A DNA stretch of 64,000 nt from Tubulanus polymorphus (Eukaryota > Animalia > Nemertea), in the NCBI RefSeq assembly GCF_964204645.1, contig NC_134035.1, forward strand, positions 13,912,314 through 13,976,313, given 5' to 3'. How positions within the stretch are numbered: position 1 is the stretch's first letter; each line of letters begins with the position of its first letter. A model generated the notes under the pieces. It saw only the letters and a list, made by a program, of their open reading frames with translations, was not told where the DNA came from and did no database searches. Position numbers and translations under genes: made by a program. Shown here one piece after another: positions 13,501 through 28,054 of this stretch.

Positions 13501-15984
13501 ATCATTCATTTATTACGTACGCATAAAATTTGTATTTTTCAACCCCCCTCCCCCACTGTACGCAAAATCGGCCATTTTTTCGTTCCATTTTTATACGCAT
13601 TACAGTACACAATTGCACTGACCCCCTCCCCCTCCCCTAATGTGTACGTAATGGATGAATGACCCGTAATTGAATTATTGTGAAACACTTATCAATGGAA
13701 TCAAAGGCGAGGAATGAAAATGAAATGGCGATCTTTTTATTTTGGTAAAAAACTTTATAAAAACAAATTCTGGCATCGTTTCATTCACCTGTTTATGAAT
13801 ATCGTGTAGTTCTGTGCGTTTAGGTATTTATTAGGTATATACAGACTGCTGATATTCTGGAATAAATTGTATTTACAAGAAGGCGGCACAATTCAAATCA
13901 AACATTTATTGATTGATATGAAAGAAAATTGATGGTAAATCAACCTAGTGCAATTCCTAAATTAAAACTTTATCTCAATACACTTTTGCAAATATTAGAA
14001 AATTATTTTAAATTATATTCCACGAGCTTGGTGGCAGCACCGTACGGTCCCCTAGCGGAATTTCTGTGAACTAATGTAATACTACGGACTAGATTATTGA
14101 CTATTTTCAAAAGTAAGATAGGATCTTTGCCACTCCCGAAATTAATATTAACGCTTTCCAGCTATAACAGAGGCAGAGTCCTCAAAAATAAGCATTTATA
14201 TTTCAACTACCCGGCGTGTCAGCCCGCAGTATTACATTAGTTCACAGAAATCCCGCTAGGGGACCGTACGGTGCTGCCACCTAATTTGCGAAGATACGGT
14301 TCGATGATTGGTTCATTAATCCACGCGTCTTAGCCCGCGAATTTTAAGACTTGGTTAAAAGATTTAGTAGTGTTATAGTCCTTAGATATGTCATTGCACA
14401 AAATCCTCAGAAGTCAAATAAACTTTACTCCTTTACAAACCTGTCTAAAACTAGAATCAGATTCCAGCAAAAATGAGATGATGCGAAACAGTGATTTTAT
14501 ATAAAGAATCATTTATTTACATTTATTTAATACTGTACAAAATTATAACACGTCACAAATCAATTCACATAGATTTCATTCCATATAAACACCATTTATA
14601 AACTTCACGTAATTCTTTCTGACTTAGATCTGAAATGAGAACCAGTTACAACAATGAGAACCAGTTACAAGAATTCAGTGAACACTTATAATTAATTATA
14701 ATTGAACAAGAAATTCAAAATTATGAAGAAAATAATAAGCAAGTTGACATTTACGACACAAATCTATGAACCATTTGCAAAATGGCTGAGAATTGAATCA
14801 TGTCAAATTAAATAAGTTCAAATTCAATAAGTTAATCAAGTGCTATCTACAAGGGATCATTCATTTATTACGTACGCATAAAATTTGTATTTTTCAACCC
14901 CCCTCCCCCCTGTACACAAAATCAGCCATTTTTTCGTTCCATTTTTATACGCATTACAGTACACAATTGCACTGACCCCCTCCCCTCCCCTAATGTGTAC
15001 GTAATGAATGAATGACCCGTAATTGAATTATTGTGAAACACTTATCAATGGAATCAAAGGCGAGGAATGAAAATGAAATGGCGATCTTTTTATTTTGGTA
15101 AAAAAATTTTTTAAAAACAAATTCTGGCATCGTTTCATTCACCTGTTTATGAATATCGTGTAGTTCTGTGCGTTTAGGTGTTTATTAAATACAGACTGCT
15201 GATATTCTGGAATAAATTGTATTTGCATTTACAAGAAGGCGGCACAATTCAAATCAAACATTTATTGATTGATATGAAAGACAATTGATGGTAAATCAAC
15301 CTTGTGCAATTCCTAAATTAAAACTTTATCTCAATACACTTTTGCAAATATTAGAAAATTATTTTAAATTATATTCCACGAGCTTGGTGGCAGCACCGTA
15401 CGGTCCCCTAGCGGAATTTCTGTGAACTAATGTAATACTACGGACTAGATTATTGACTATTTTCAAAAGTAAGATAGGATCTTTGCCACTCCCGAAATTA
15501 ATATTAACGCTTTCCAGCTATAACAGAGGCAGGGTCTTCAAAAATAAGCATTTATATTTCAACTACCCGGCGTGTCAGCCCGCAGTATTACATTAGTTCA
15601 CAGAAATCCCGCTAGGGGACCGTACGGTGCTGCCACCTAATTTGCGAAGATTCGGTTCGATGATTGGTTCATTAATCCACGCGTCATTGCCCGCGAATTT
15701 TAAGACTTGGTTAAAATATTTAGTAGTGTATAGTCCTTAGATACGTCATTGCACAAAATCCTCAGAAGTCAAATAAACTTTACTCCTTTACAAACTTGTG
15801 TAAAACTAGAACCAGATTCCAGCAAAAATGAGATGATGCGAAACAGTGATTTTATATAAAGAATCATTTATTTACATTTATTTAATACTGTACAAAATTA
15901 TAACACGTCACAAATCAATTCACATAGATTTCATTCCATATAAACACCATTTATAAACTTCACGTAATTCTTTCTGACTTAGAT
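10539..15984 (-). pseudogene. Five extra intact copies of the ITFG2 terminal coding exon (10539-10603, 11887-11951, 13242-13306, 14565-14629, 15920-15984)
   Basis: Each copy has TCTCATTTCAG| followed by (N)[20 protein letters not shown]-stop and downstream AATAAA. The 10539 copy differs by one synonymous CTA>TTA change. Expression is unknown. Confidence 0.75.
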
Positions 15985-16175
15985 CTGAAATGAGAACCAG
16001 TTACAACAATTCAGTGAACACTTATAAAGTTAATTATAATTGAACAAGAAATTCAAAATTATGAAGAAAATAATAAGCAAGTTGACATTTACGACACAAA
16101 TCTATGAACCATTTGCAAAATGGCTGAGAATTGAATCATGTCAAATTCAATAAGTTAATCAAGTGCTATCTACAA

Positions 16176-16343
16176 GGGATCATTCATTTATTACGTACGC
16201 ATAAAATTTGTATTTTTCAACCCCCCTCCCCCACTGTACGCAAAATCGGCCATTTTTTCGTTCCATTTTTATACGCATTACAGTACACAATTGCACTGAC
16301 CCCTCCCCCTCCCCTAATGCGTACGTAATGAATGAATGATCCC
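16176..16343. mobile_element. ~170-bp PIF/Harbinger-like MITE (one per array unit; e.g. also 10815-10987)
   Basis: TIRs GGGATCATTCATTTATTACGTACGCAT / ATGCGTACGTAATGAATGAATGATCCC, flanked in this copy by a 3-bp direct repeat CAA. GGG termini with a 3-bp TSD fit PIF/Harbinger. Confidence 0.65.
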
Positions 16344-17237
16344 CAATTGAATTATTGTGAAACACTTATCAATGGAATCAAAGGCGAGGAATGAAAATGA
16401 AATGGCGATCTTTTTATTTTGGTAAAAAACTTTATAAAAACAAATTCTGGCATCGTTTCATTCACCTGTTTATGAATATCGTGTAGTTCTGTGCGTTTAG
16501 GTATTTATTAAATACAGACTGCTGATATTCTGGAATAAATTGTATTTACAAGAAGGCGGCACAATTCAAATCAAACATTTATTGATTGATATGAAAGAAA
16601 ATTGATGGTAAATCAACCTAGTGCAATTCCTAAATTAAAACTTTATCTCAATACACTTTTACAAATATTAGAAAATTATTTTAAATTATATTCCACGAGC
16701 TTGGTGGCAGCACCGTACGGTCCCCTAGCGGAATTTCTGTGAACTAATGTAATACTACGGACTAGATTATTGACTATTTTCAAAAGTAAGATAGGATCTT
16801 TGCCACTCCCGAAATTAATATTAACGCTTTCCAGCTATAACAGAGGCAGAGTCCTCAAAAATAAGCATTTATATTTCAACTACCCGGCGTGTCAGCCCGC
16901 AGTATTACATTAGTTCACAGAAATCCCGCTAGGGGACCGTACGGTGCTGCCACCTAATTTGCGAAGATTCGGTTCGATGATTGGTTCATTAATCCACGCG
17001 TCATTGCCCGCGAATTTTAAGACTTGGTTAAAAGATTTAGTAGTGTTTTAGTCCTTAGATATGTCATTGCACAAAATCCTCAGAAGTCAAATAGACTTTA
17101 CTCCTTTACAAACTTGTCTAAAACTAGAACCAGATTCCAGCAAAAATGAGATGATGCGAAACAGTGATTTTATACAAAGAATCATTTATTTACATTTATT
17201 TAATACTGTACAAAATTATAACACGTCACAAATCAAT

Positions 17238-20200
17238 TCACATAGATTTCATTCCATATAAACACCATTTATAAACTTCACGTAATTCTTTCTGACTTAG
17301 ATCTGAAATGAGAACCAGTTACAACAATGAGAACCAGTTACAACAATTCAGTGAACACTTATAAAGTTAATTATAATTGAACAAGAAATTCAAAATTATG
17401 AAGAAAATAATAAGCAAGTTGACATTTACGACACAAATCTATGAACCATTTGCAAAATGGCTGAGAATTGAATCATGTCAAATTCAATAAGTTAATCAAG
17501 TGCTATCTACAAAGGGATCATTCATTTATTACGTACGCATAAAATTTGTATTTTTCAACCCCCCTCCCCCTCTGTACGCATAATCGGCCATTTTTTCATA
17601 TACATTCAGCATTACAGTACGCAATTGCTCTGACCCCTCCCCCTCCCCTAATGTGTACATAATGAATGAATGACCCCCAATTGAATTATTGTGAAACACT
17701 TATCAATGGAATCAAAACCTTGGGGCAAAGTTAACTGCTGCAATTTCTTCATTGTTATTTTCGCGAGCTTTTGTCACTATGGTAATATTTTTAACTATGG
17801 TAATTAGGTTTTGAGAACTCACTTTGTAAATTGAGTTTTTCGAGGATTTCGCGAGTTTCCGTTTTACTCTCCATATTACTGATCAGATTCACCGGTTTAA
17901 TCGTCGGCATGGCGATGTCGTAATAGATGTATATTTTACCGGTAAACGTAACGTAAACCAACGCCGGAACATTTACTCCTGGATTAACAGCAAAATTACC
18001 TGCAATTTAAATATACCATTACATCAAAGATCAGATATTAGGACACTGGGACAGCCCCCGATAAACCCCAGTCGTTATAACAATGATATGATATACCTGC
18101 ACAAAATGCTGCTACATTCTCATCAAACAGAAATCTAATAACTTCTTTATTGTAGTTGATGATATAAGTTTGACCGTCCCAGGAACATGTGACTACTTCA
18201 TCTTGACCATCTCCCTACAATAATTCAATCAATATCATCTATAAAATCCACAGTTCTGGACACAGTTCCACAATCCAGTTCCACAGATCTGGAAACAGTT
18301 CCACAATCCAGTTCCACAGTTCTGGACACAGTTCCACAATCCCGTCCCACAGTTCTGGACACAGTTCCACAGATCTGGAAACAGTTCCACAATCCAGTTC
18401 CACAGTTCTGGACACAGTTCCACAATCCCGTCCCACAGTTCTGGACACAGTTCCAAAATCCCGTTCCACAGTTCTGGACACAGTTCCACAATCCCGTCCC
18501 ACAGTTCTGGACACAGTTCCAAAATCCCGTTCCACAGTTCTGGACACAGTTCCACAATCCAGTTCCACAGATCTGGAAACAGTTCCACAATCCCGTTCCA
18601 CAGTTCTGGACACAGTTCCACAATCCAGTTCCACAGATCTGGAAACAGTTCCACAATCCAGTTCCACAGTTCTGGACACAGTTCCACAATCCAGTTCCAC
18701 AGATCTGGAAACAGTTCCACAATCCCGTTCCACAGATCAGTCTGCAGACATTAGATTGATAGCAGCTGATTTGATACTTACCATAACATCAAGTTTTCCC
18801 AGTGAGAAGAATTGTTGTTCTAACTGCATGAACCACTCCACAACTTCATTCTCCAGTAATATCACAGTACCTACACAGAAATACAGTAGTATCACAGTAC
18901 CTACACAGAAATACAGTAATATCACAGTGCCTACACAGAAATACAGTAATATCACAGTAACTACACAGAAATACAGTAATATCACAGTACCTACACAGAA
19001 ATACAGTAGTATCACAGTACCTACACAGAAATACAGTAATATCACAGTACCTACACAGAAATACAGTAATATCACAGTACCTACACAGAAATACAGTAAT
19101 ATCACAGTACCTGCACAGAAATACAGTAATATCACAGTACCTACACAGAAATACAGTAATATCACAGTGCCTACACAGAAATACAGTAATATCACAGTAC
19201 CTACACAGAAATACAGTAATATCACAGTAACTACACAGAAATACAGTAATATCACAGTACCTACACAGAAATACAGTAATATCACAGTACCTACACAGAA
19301 ATACAGCAATATCACAGTACCTACACAGAAATACAGTAATATCACAGTACCTACACAGAAATACAGTAATATCACAGTACCTACACAGAAATACAGTAAT
19401 ATCACAGTACCTACACAGAAATACAGTAATATCACAGTACCTACACAGAAATACAGTAATATCACAGTACCTACACAGAAATACAGTAATATCACAGTAC
19501 CTACACAGAAATACAGTAATATCACAGTACCTACACAGAAATACAGTAATATCACAGTACCTACACAGAAATACAGTAATATCACAGTGCCTACACAGAA
19601 ATACAGCAATATCACAGTACCTACACAGAAATACAGTAATATCACAGTACCTACACAGAAATACAGCAATATCGCAGTACCTACACAGAAATACAGTAAT
19701 ATCACGGTACCTACACAGAAATACAGTAATATCGCAGTACCTACACATAAATACAGTAATATCACAGTACCTGCACAGAAATACAGTAATATCGCAGTAA
19801 CTACACAGAAATACAGCAATAGCGCAGTACCTACACAGAAATACAGCAATATCACAGTACCTACACAGAAATATTGAGATTGAGGATTTACCCAATTTCC
19901 CCCTGGTGCAGGTTGATGAAACTGCAGTTTAATGCTTACCGTCCAGTGTAGAAAGAGCGCAATGAATCACTGGTTTACCATCTTTAATTTTACCGGTTTT
20001 TAACCCGCCCAGCGCAACCGTGGTTACGTTTGAACTGCGAACGAGAGCCGATCCTAACGGGTAATATACCACAGACGGACCTAAATGTTTATCGCTATAG
20101 CGACAAAACAAAAACAAACAATCAATATTCTTCATACATCAGACATTTTAATTGGATACTAAAACTAACATTACCATGGCGACGCATCAGACGCATCTGA

Positions 20201-20770
20201 CGGTTCAACGCTTCGAATCAACTTCACAAAACTGCCACCAGGCTGCGCTACTAGTAATTCAATATGGCCGTCTAAATCATGACTGACAGTGATAGACCCA
20301 ACCTGTCAATATATAATACACATCTGTATACCGGGTTGCACCCAACAGAAATCAGGACTGAAATCTAGAGGATCGGGTTTTCAATATAGGAAGATATGCC
20401 TCAAGTTGGGACAGGAGATTACAGGAGAACTGGAGAGAAGGGTCAGTTTTTGTAAGGATACTGATTATCTGTCAATAATCCTGGGACAGGGTCCAGGCTG
20501 CTGCTGCTGCTGAGGAGTACAGCGTCCAGTCTGCTGCTGCTGCTGCTGTATCAGTAGCTGCTGCTGCAGCTTGTTTCAGTAGCTGTTCCTACAGCTGTAT
20601 CATGAGCTGCTGCTGTAGCTGTATCAGTAGCTGCTGCGGCTGCTGCTGTATCAGTAGCTGCTGCGGCTGCTGCTGCTGCTGCTGCTGCTGCTGCATCAGT
20701 AGCTGCTGCTGTAGCTGTATCAGTAGCTGCTGCTGCTGCATCAGTAGCTGCGGCTGCTGCTGTATCAGTA

Positions 20771-20811
<41 letters not shown>

Positions 20812-23114
20812 ATCAGTAGCTGCTGCTGTAGCTGTATCAGTAGCTGCTGCTGCTGAGGAGTACTGGGTTCAGGCTGATTATTGATTATATTTACCTGTCC
20901 TGCAAGTTGCCATTTTTCTAATTGAACAATAGAACCGGTAACAGTAGAAGCAGACGCAGTTTCGATTCTACTATCGGGAGTGAGACCTTCGATCCATCGG
21001 AATAAACAAACAACTCGATCAGAATATCCGATAACTAATTCTGTCAAACCATCGCCATCTAGTGAGAAATTATAACATAAAATATCAGCGAGACCGTTGT
21101 CATCTAGTGAGAAACTATTACGTTAAATATCAGCGAGACCGTTGCCATCTAGTGAGAAACTATTACGTTAAATATCAGCGAGACCGTTGCCATCTAGTGA
21201 GAAACTATTACATTAAATATCAGCGAGACCGTTGCCATCTAGTGAGAAACTATTACGTTAAATATCAGCGAGACCGTTGCCATCTAGTGAGAAACTATTA
21301 CGTTAAATATCAGCGAGACCGTTGCCATCTAGTGAGAAACTATTACATTAAATATCAGCGAGACCGTTGCCATCTAGTGAGAAACTATTACGTTAAATAT
21401 CAGCGAGACCGTTGCCATCTAGTGAGAAACTATTACATTAAATATCAGCGAGACCGTTGCCATCTAGTGAGAAACTATAACATTATATATCAGCGAGACC
21501 GTTGCCATCTAGTGAGAAACTATAACATTATATATCAGCGAGACCGTTGCCATCTAGTGAGAAACTATTACATTAAATATCAGCGAGACCGTTGCCATCT
21601 AGTGAGAAACTATTACATTAAATATCAGCGAGACCGTTGCCATCTAGTGAGAAACTATTACATTAAATATTAGCGAGACCGTTGCCATCTAGTGAGAAAC
21701 TATTACATTAAATATGAGCGAGACCGTTGCCATCTAGTGAGAAACTATTACATTAAATATCAGCGAGAACGTTGCCATCTAGTGAGAAACTATAACATTA
21801 AATATCAGCGAGACTGTTGCCATCTAGTGAGAAACTATTACATTAAATATCAGCGAGAACGTTGCCATCTAGTGAGAAACTATAACATTAAATATCAGCG
21901 AGACCATTGCCATCTAGCGAGAAAATGTATATCACTAATATCATTGAAATTCGGTGAAATAAACTGACCTACTAACCTACATCTTGTAGTAACATCACGC
22001 GACTATTCGCTGATAACTGTTGAGTGAACGACGGTTGAATATAGGTGGCGCTGTCATCGATAGAATCATCGTTTAAATGTTTATCAGACTAGAATGAAAG
22101 TGATTTCAGAGCTAATTGTTATCAGTGATATATACTATGATCGTGTAGCTGATTTCAGTTAGTCTGCAGTCCAGGGAGTCTAAGGGTGAGGTAGTCCAGG
22201 GGAGTCTAAGGGTGAGGTAGTCCGGGGGTGGGAGGTAGTGATTTACCTGTTGTGTATTAGTACTAATGTTACATGTATTCACAGTCGGTCCTGGATCAAA
22301 CTCTTGTTCCTCATTCAGATCAAACACGTGACATTTACCTTCAGCCGTTAAACAGACGATATTATTCTGAAATTAATCAATATGAAACTGAGAGACGGTC
22401 CCCGCGTAATGGAATACAGATTGTGAGATGGTCCCCCCAGGTGGTACGTACCTTGCCATGATTGAATATATCACCGATACTGATACATGTAATCTGTAAT
22501 CACAATCACAATCACAATCACTGTAAAATCATACACACACAGTACACAATCAGTAATACAATCATTACATGTAGTTACCATGCCTAAATGTTTGGAATAT
22601 TTCCAAGGGACTCCTGCACTGGTAGTCAATGGGACTCCCGCACTGGCAGTCAATGGGACTCCTGCACTGGTAGTCAATGGGACTCCCCCACTACTTGATG
22701 TTCCACCTGCAGAAGTCAATGGGACTCCTGTGCCAGTTGATGATGTGTTTTCACTAGAAGTCGATGCTCCATCGGAAGTTGCCGGGACTCCACCAGTTGT
22801 TGACTGAACTCCAGTAGTCATCGGGACTCCTCCGGCAGTTGATGGGACTCCTGCCGAAGTCGTTGGGACTCCAGTAGTCCATGTGGCTCCCCCTTTAAAA
22901 ACCGCTAATTCCCCATCAATATTTCCTATCACTAATTCATTACTCTGAAATAACAATACAGTAATCGTTACTATGGATACTGACGCGATCATTGTCTACG
23001 GTAACTATGGATACCGACCTGATCATTGTCTACATCTCCGATGACGAGAGCCTCGTTAAATACGTTTCCCGTAAAATCATATTCTAATTTCTTCACAAAT
23101 GAAACTGTTCTCAT
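17238..23114 (-). CDS. ITFG2: KICSTOR complex subunit ITFG2 (integrin-alpha FG-GAP repeat-containing protein 2)
   Basis: Exons 23019-23114 ([32 protein letters not shown], similar to human MRSVSYVQRVALEFSG...GDVDND), 22579-22944, 22452-22493, 22247-22366, 21977-22088, 20895-21058 ([17 protein letters not shown]), 20175-20302, 19940-20094, 18782-18870, 18097-18214 ([19 protein letters not shown]), 17823-17999, 17238-17302 (..[11 protein letters not shown] stop). All phases are consistent. Confidence 0.92.
18248..18736. repeat. ~33-bp minisatellite with GTTCCACA core in ITFG2 intron
   Basis: CACAGTTCTGGACACAGTTCCACAATCCAGTTC-like units visible. Confidence 0.9.
18854..19874. repeat. 30-bp minisatellite (~34 copies) spanning an ITFG2 3' splice site
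   Basis: Minus-strand unit TATTTCTGTGTAG|GTACTGTGATATTACTG. The final copy runs into exon 18782-18870. Confidence 0.95.
20497..20855. repeat. Imperfect (CTG)n/(CAG)n repeat, intronic in ITFG2
   Basis: Lies between donor 20894 and acceptor 20303 on the minus strand. Confidence 0.9.
21054..21918. repeat. 45-bp minisatellite (~19 copies) spanning an ITFG2 3' splice site
   Basis: Minus-strand unit ATGGCAACGGTCTCGCTGATATTTAATGTAATAGTTTCTCACTAG. The true exon starts after the final TTTCTCACTAG at 21058. Confidence 0.95.
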
Positions 23115-23381
23115 TGTTGTTATTAGTTGCCGGGCAACTGGGGAGAGTCAGTGATCGTTTCACAATCGGAAAATATCGATAAAATGCATGATTTCTGTTT
23201 CTGTTTGTAACCTGTGGATGAGAGGAAAATGTTAAACTTGTTAAGTCTATCAGAGCAGAAAGATGGATCCATCATAAAGCTGTAGAGAGGCTGGAACTGG
23301 AAGAAACTGCTGCCTGGTCATCTGTGGAGGAGGTGGAGGGAGGAGTGGAGGGAGAGCAAGTTTTCGAATGAGATTGTAATT

Positions 23382-23414
<33 letters not shown>

Positions 23415-24144
23415 TTCACGGACGGAAGGAGGCCTGGTGGCGGCCTATTGGTGTCCGGCTCGTTTGTTGATTAGTATTGGTTAGGTGACAGGGTTTCCAT
23501 AAAAAGCTCTCTCACTTAGTAGTGATCTTTCATTAAAAATAATTGGTATATTTATTCATTACTAAAAGATTAAATTATTTATAGAGTTGATTGGTTGAAT
23601 TTTATTTTAAAAAAATCTGATCAGTCATGATTATGGCGTAGTTCATTTGATAAGCCATACACGCTTGATTTCTAGCCATTTTGTAGAATTTGCTACAAGG
23701 AGAAGGTTTTATTCGGTCCATAAATACGAGTGTTGTTAGTGTTATTCTGAAAAAGGTAAAGGAAGTGCGTGTGGCCCAAGGTGAACGTATCGGCAACCTC
23801 TATGGAGGTACCAGGATGGGTACCAGGATTTTAAAACGGATCAGGGTAAAAGTGCAGATCCGCACCTCTCGTGATTGACGCAATCTACTGAATGATAGAA
23901 TCCAGGCTAAATCTTTCTAGTGAAGATATATTAAGATTAACCAATGGCAATGTATGAATTGCTGATGACATTTTGAATCTGAAACAAACTAATAAATCAA
24001 AATACATGCAATTTCCAAAAAGGGGAAAAAATCATTAACATTTCTTCAACAAACCTTTAAAATTGTTGAATACACTGACTTAGAGCGAGAATACACAATT
24101 TATTTGAATTGAACTTGGAAAAATCAATATAATTTGAATTGAAT

Positions 24145-24250
24145 TCGCTAGGCGGCAGCATCAGCTGGTGTAGGAACCTAGATGGCAGCACCGGCCGGTC
24201 AGTTCAGAATCAATCGGCGGGAACATAGCGGGCTTCCAAAATCCAATTGT
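24145..24250. promoter_or_regulatory. Putative TYMS promoter within the ITFG2/TYMS divergent region
   Basis: Local GC-rich patch with an E2F-like GGCGGGAA (24216-24223), CCAAT (24243) and two CTCF-like TAG(G/A)(C/T)GGCAGCA motifs. Motif matches only. Confidence 0.4.
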
Positions 24251-24492
24251 CAGATTTTAGAAAAAACTAAGCGATTAGGAACCTCTGGTAAATATATTAA
24301 CCTTAATATCGACGAAAGAATCATTGAAAGTGCGCTGAATAACTGTTAATAGGTACATCTGATCGCTCCCGGCTGGGGGCAGGGATTTAAGGTGGACTTG
24401 GTTATTGGTTCTAAAATATCAAAAATTGTTGAAGCCACTTTGAACCTTGAAACTTTGAGAAATTTATTTGTATTTTTAGAATAAAAGGAATA

Positions 24493-26926
<2,434 letters not shown>

Positions 26927-27404
26927 CGTAGACTGTAGACTACTGTCTGTGGCGTAGACTGTAGACTACTATCTAGTGTAGACTGTAGACTACAATCTGT
27001 GGCATAGACTGTAGACTACTATCTAGTGTAGACTGTAGATCTTTAAACTTGCATTTAAATATGTATCTTTGTACAAGACATTTTGTATCAATAAAAAACT
27101 TTTGTGAATTGTTAAATGAAAATTTAATCAAGTTTTATTTTGTTTAATTTTTTTTGGAAAAAAGGACATCATTCAATCACACATCATTGGCAGGATACTC
27201 CCCCTAGTGGCAGTTAACAGTTATACAATCAAAACGCATGAAATGAAGAAAATTAAAACAGATGGAGACTCTTAACCCAGATACGCGCCGCAATTATACA
27301 TCATTACACGCGAAAAAAAAGAGCAAAAAGAATATTTGTATCAATTACAAGAAACATGAACAAACTGCGTCCAGAATCAGAGATATAATTTTAACCCGAT
27401 CTCT

Positions 27405-27882
27405 GGACAGATTTCATCCAAACTGGGTCCAGGGACACAGATTTCAGCCAAACTGGGTCCAGGGACACAGATTTCAGCCAAACTGGGTCCAGGGACACAG
27501 ATTTCAGCCAAACTGGGTCCAGGGACACAGATTTCAGCCAAACTGGGTCCAGGGACACAGATTTCAGCCAAACTGGGTCCAGGGACACAGATTTCAGCCA
27601 AACTGGGTCCAGGGACACAGATTTCAGCCAAACTGGGTCCAGGGACACAGATTTCAGCCAAACTGGGTCCAGGGACACAGATTTCAGCCAAACTGGGTCC
27701 AGGGACACAGATTTCAGCCAAACTGGGTCCAGGGACACAGATATCAGCTAAACTGGGTCCAGGGACACAGATTTCAGCCAAACTGGGTCCAGGGACACAG
27801 ATTTCAGCCAAACTGGGTCCAGGGACACAGATTTCAGCCAAACTGGGTCCAGGGACACAGATTTCAGCCAAACTGGATCCAA
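27405..27882. repeat. 30-bp minisatellite (AACTGGGTCCAGGGACACAGATTTCAGCCA), ~16 near-perfect copies
   Basis: Directly visible between the convergent 3' ends of TYMS and ILRUN. Confidence 0.95.
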
Positions 27883-28054
27883 AAACATAAGCAGAACTAC
27901 TACAATAATACGTAGTAGGAAATGGTTCTGAAGCATAACATATTTACACAGTACCAGGTAATTACTCTTAACTCTTATTCGTTATAATTTAAATTGTCCA
28001 ATCATCTTTTTCTGATTTTTTAAAATATCAACGAAAATTTGACTTGAATTGCGA

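Larger units (their letters stand above)
9697..17716. repeat. Tandem segmental array, 6 units of ~1.33-1.35 kb, with a 2678-bp higher-order period
   Basis: Unit starts (GAATGAAAATGAAATGGCGATC) at 9697, 11034, 12387, 13712, 15065, 16389. Units 2/4 and 3/5 share diagnostic variants and are offset by 2678 bp. Confidence 0.97.

Noticed and set aside
12115-16328. Repeated [21 protein letters not shown] ORFs in the array
   Set aside because: They start at non-ATG codons, overlap the Harbinger-like MITE and are frameshifted between copies.
17712-17776. Alternative ITFG2 last exon ([21 protein letters not shown] stop)
   Set aside because: It needs a 46-nt intron with a poor pyrimidine tract. The 17238-17302 exon has a better acceptor, poly(A) signals and an ITFG2-like YxWCLY ending.
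20589-20894. Polyglutamine extension of ITFG2 ORF 20589-21047
   Set aside because: It lies past a canonical donor (CAG|GTAAAT at 20894), and ITFG2 homology resumes at exon 20175-20302.
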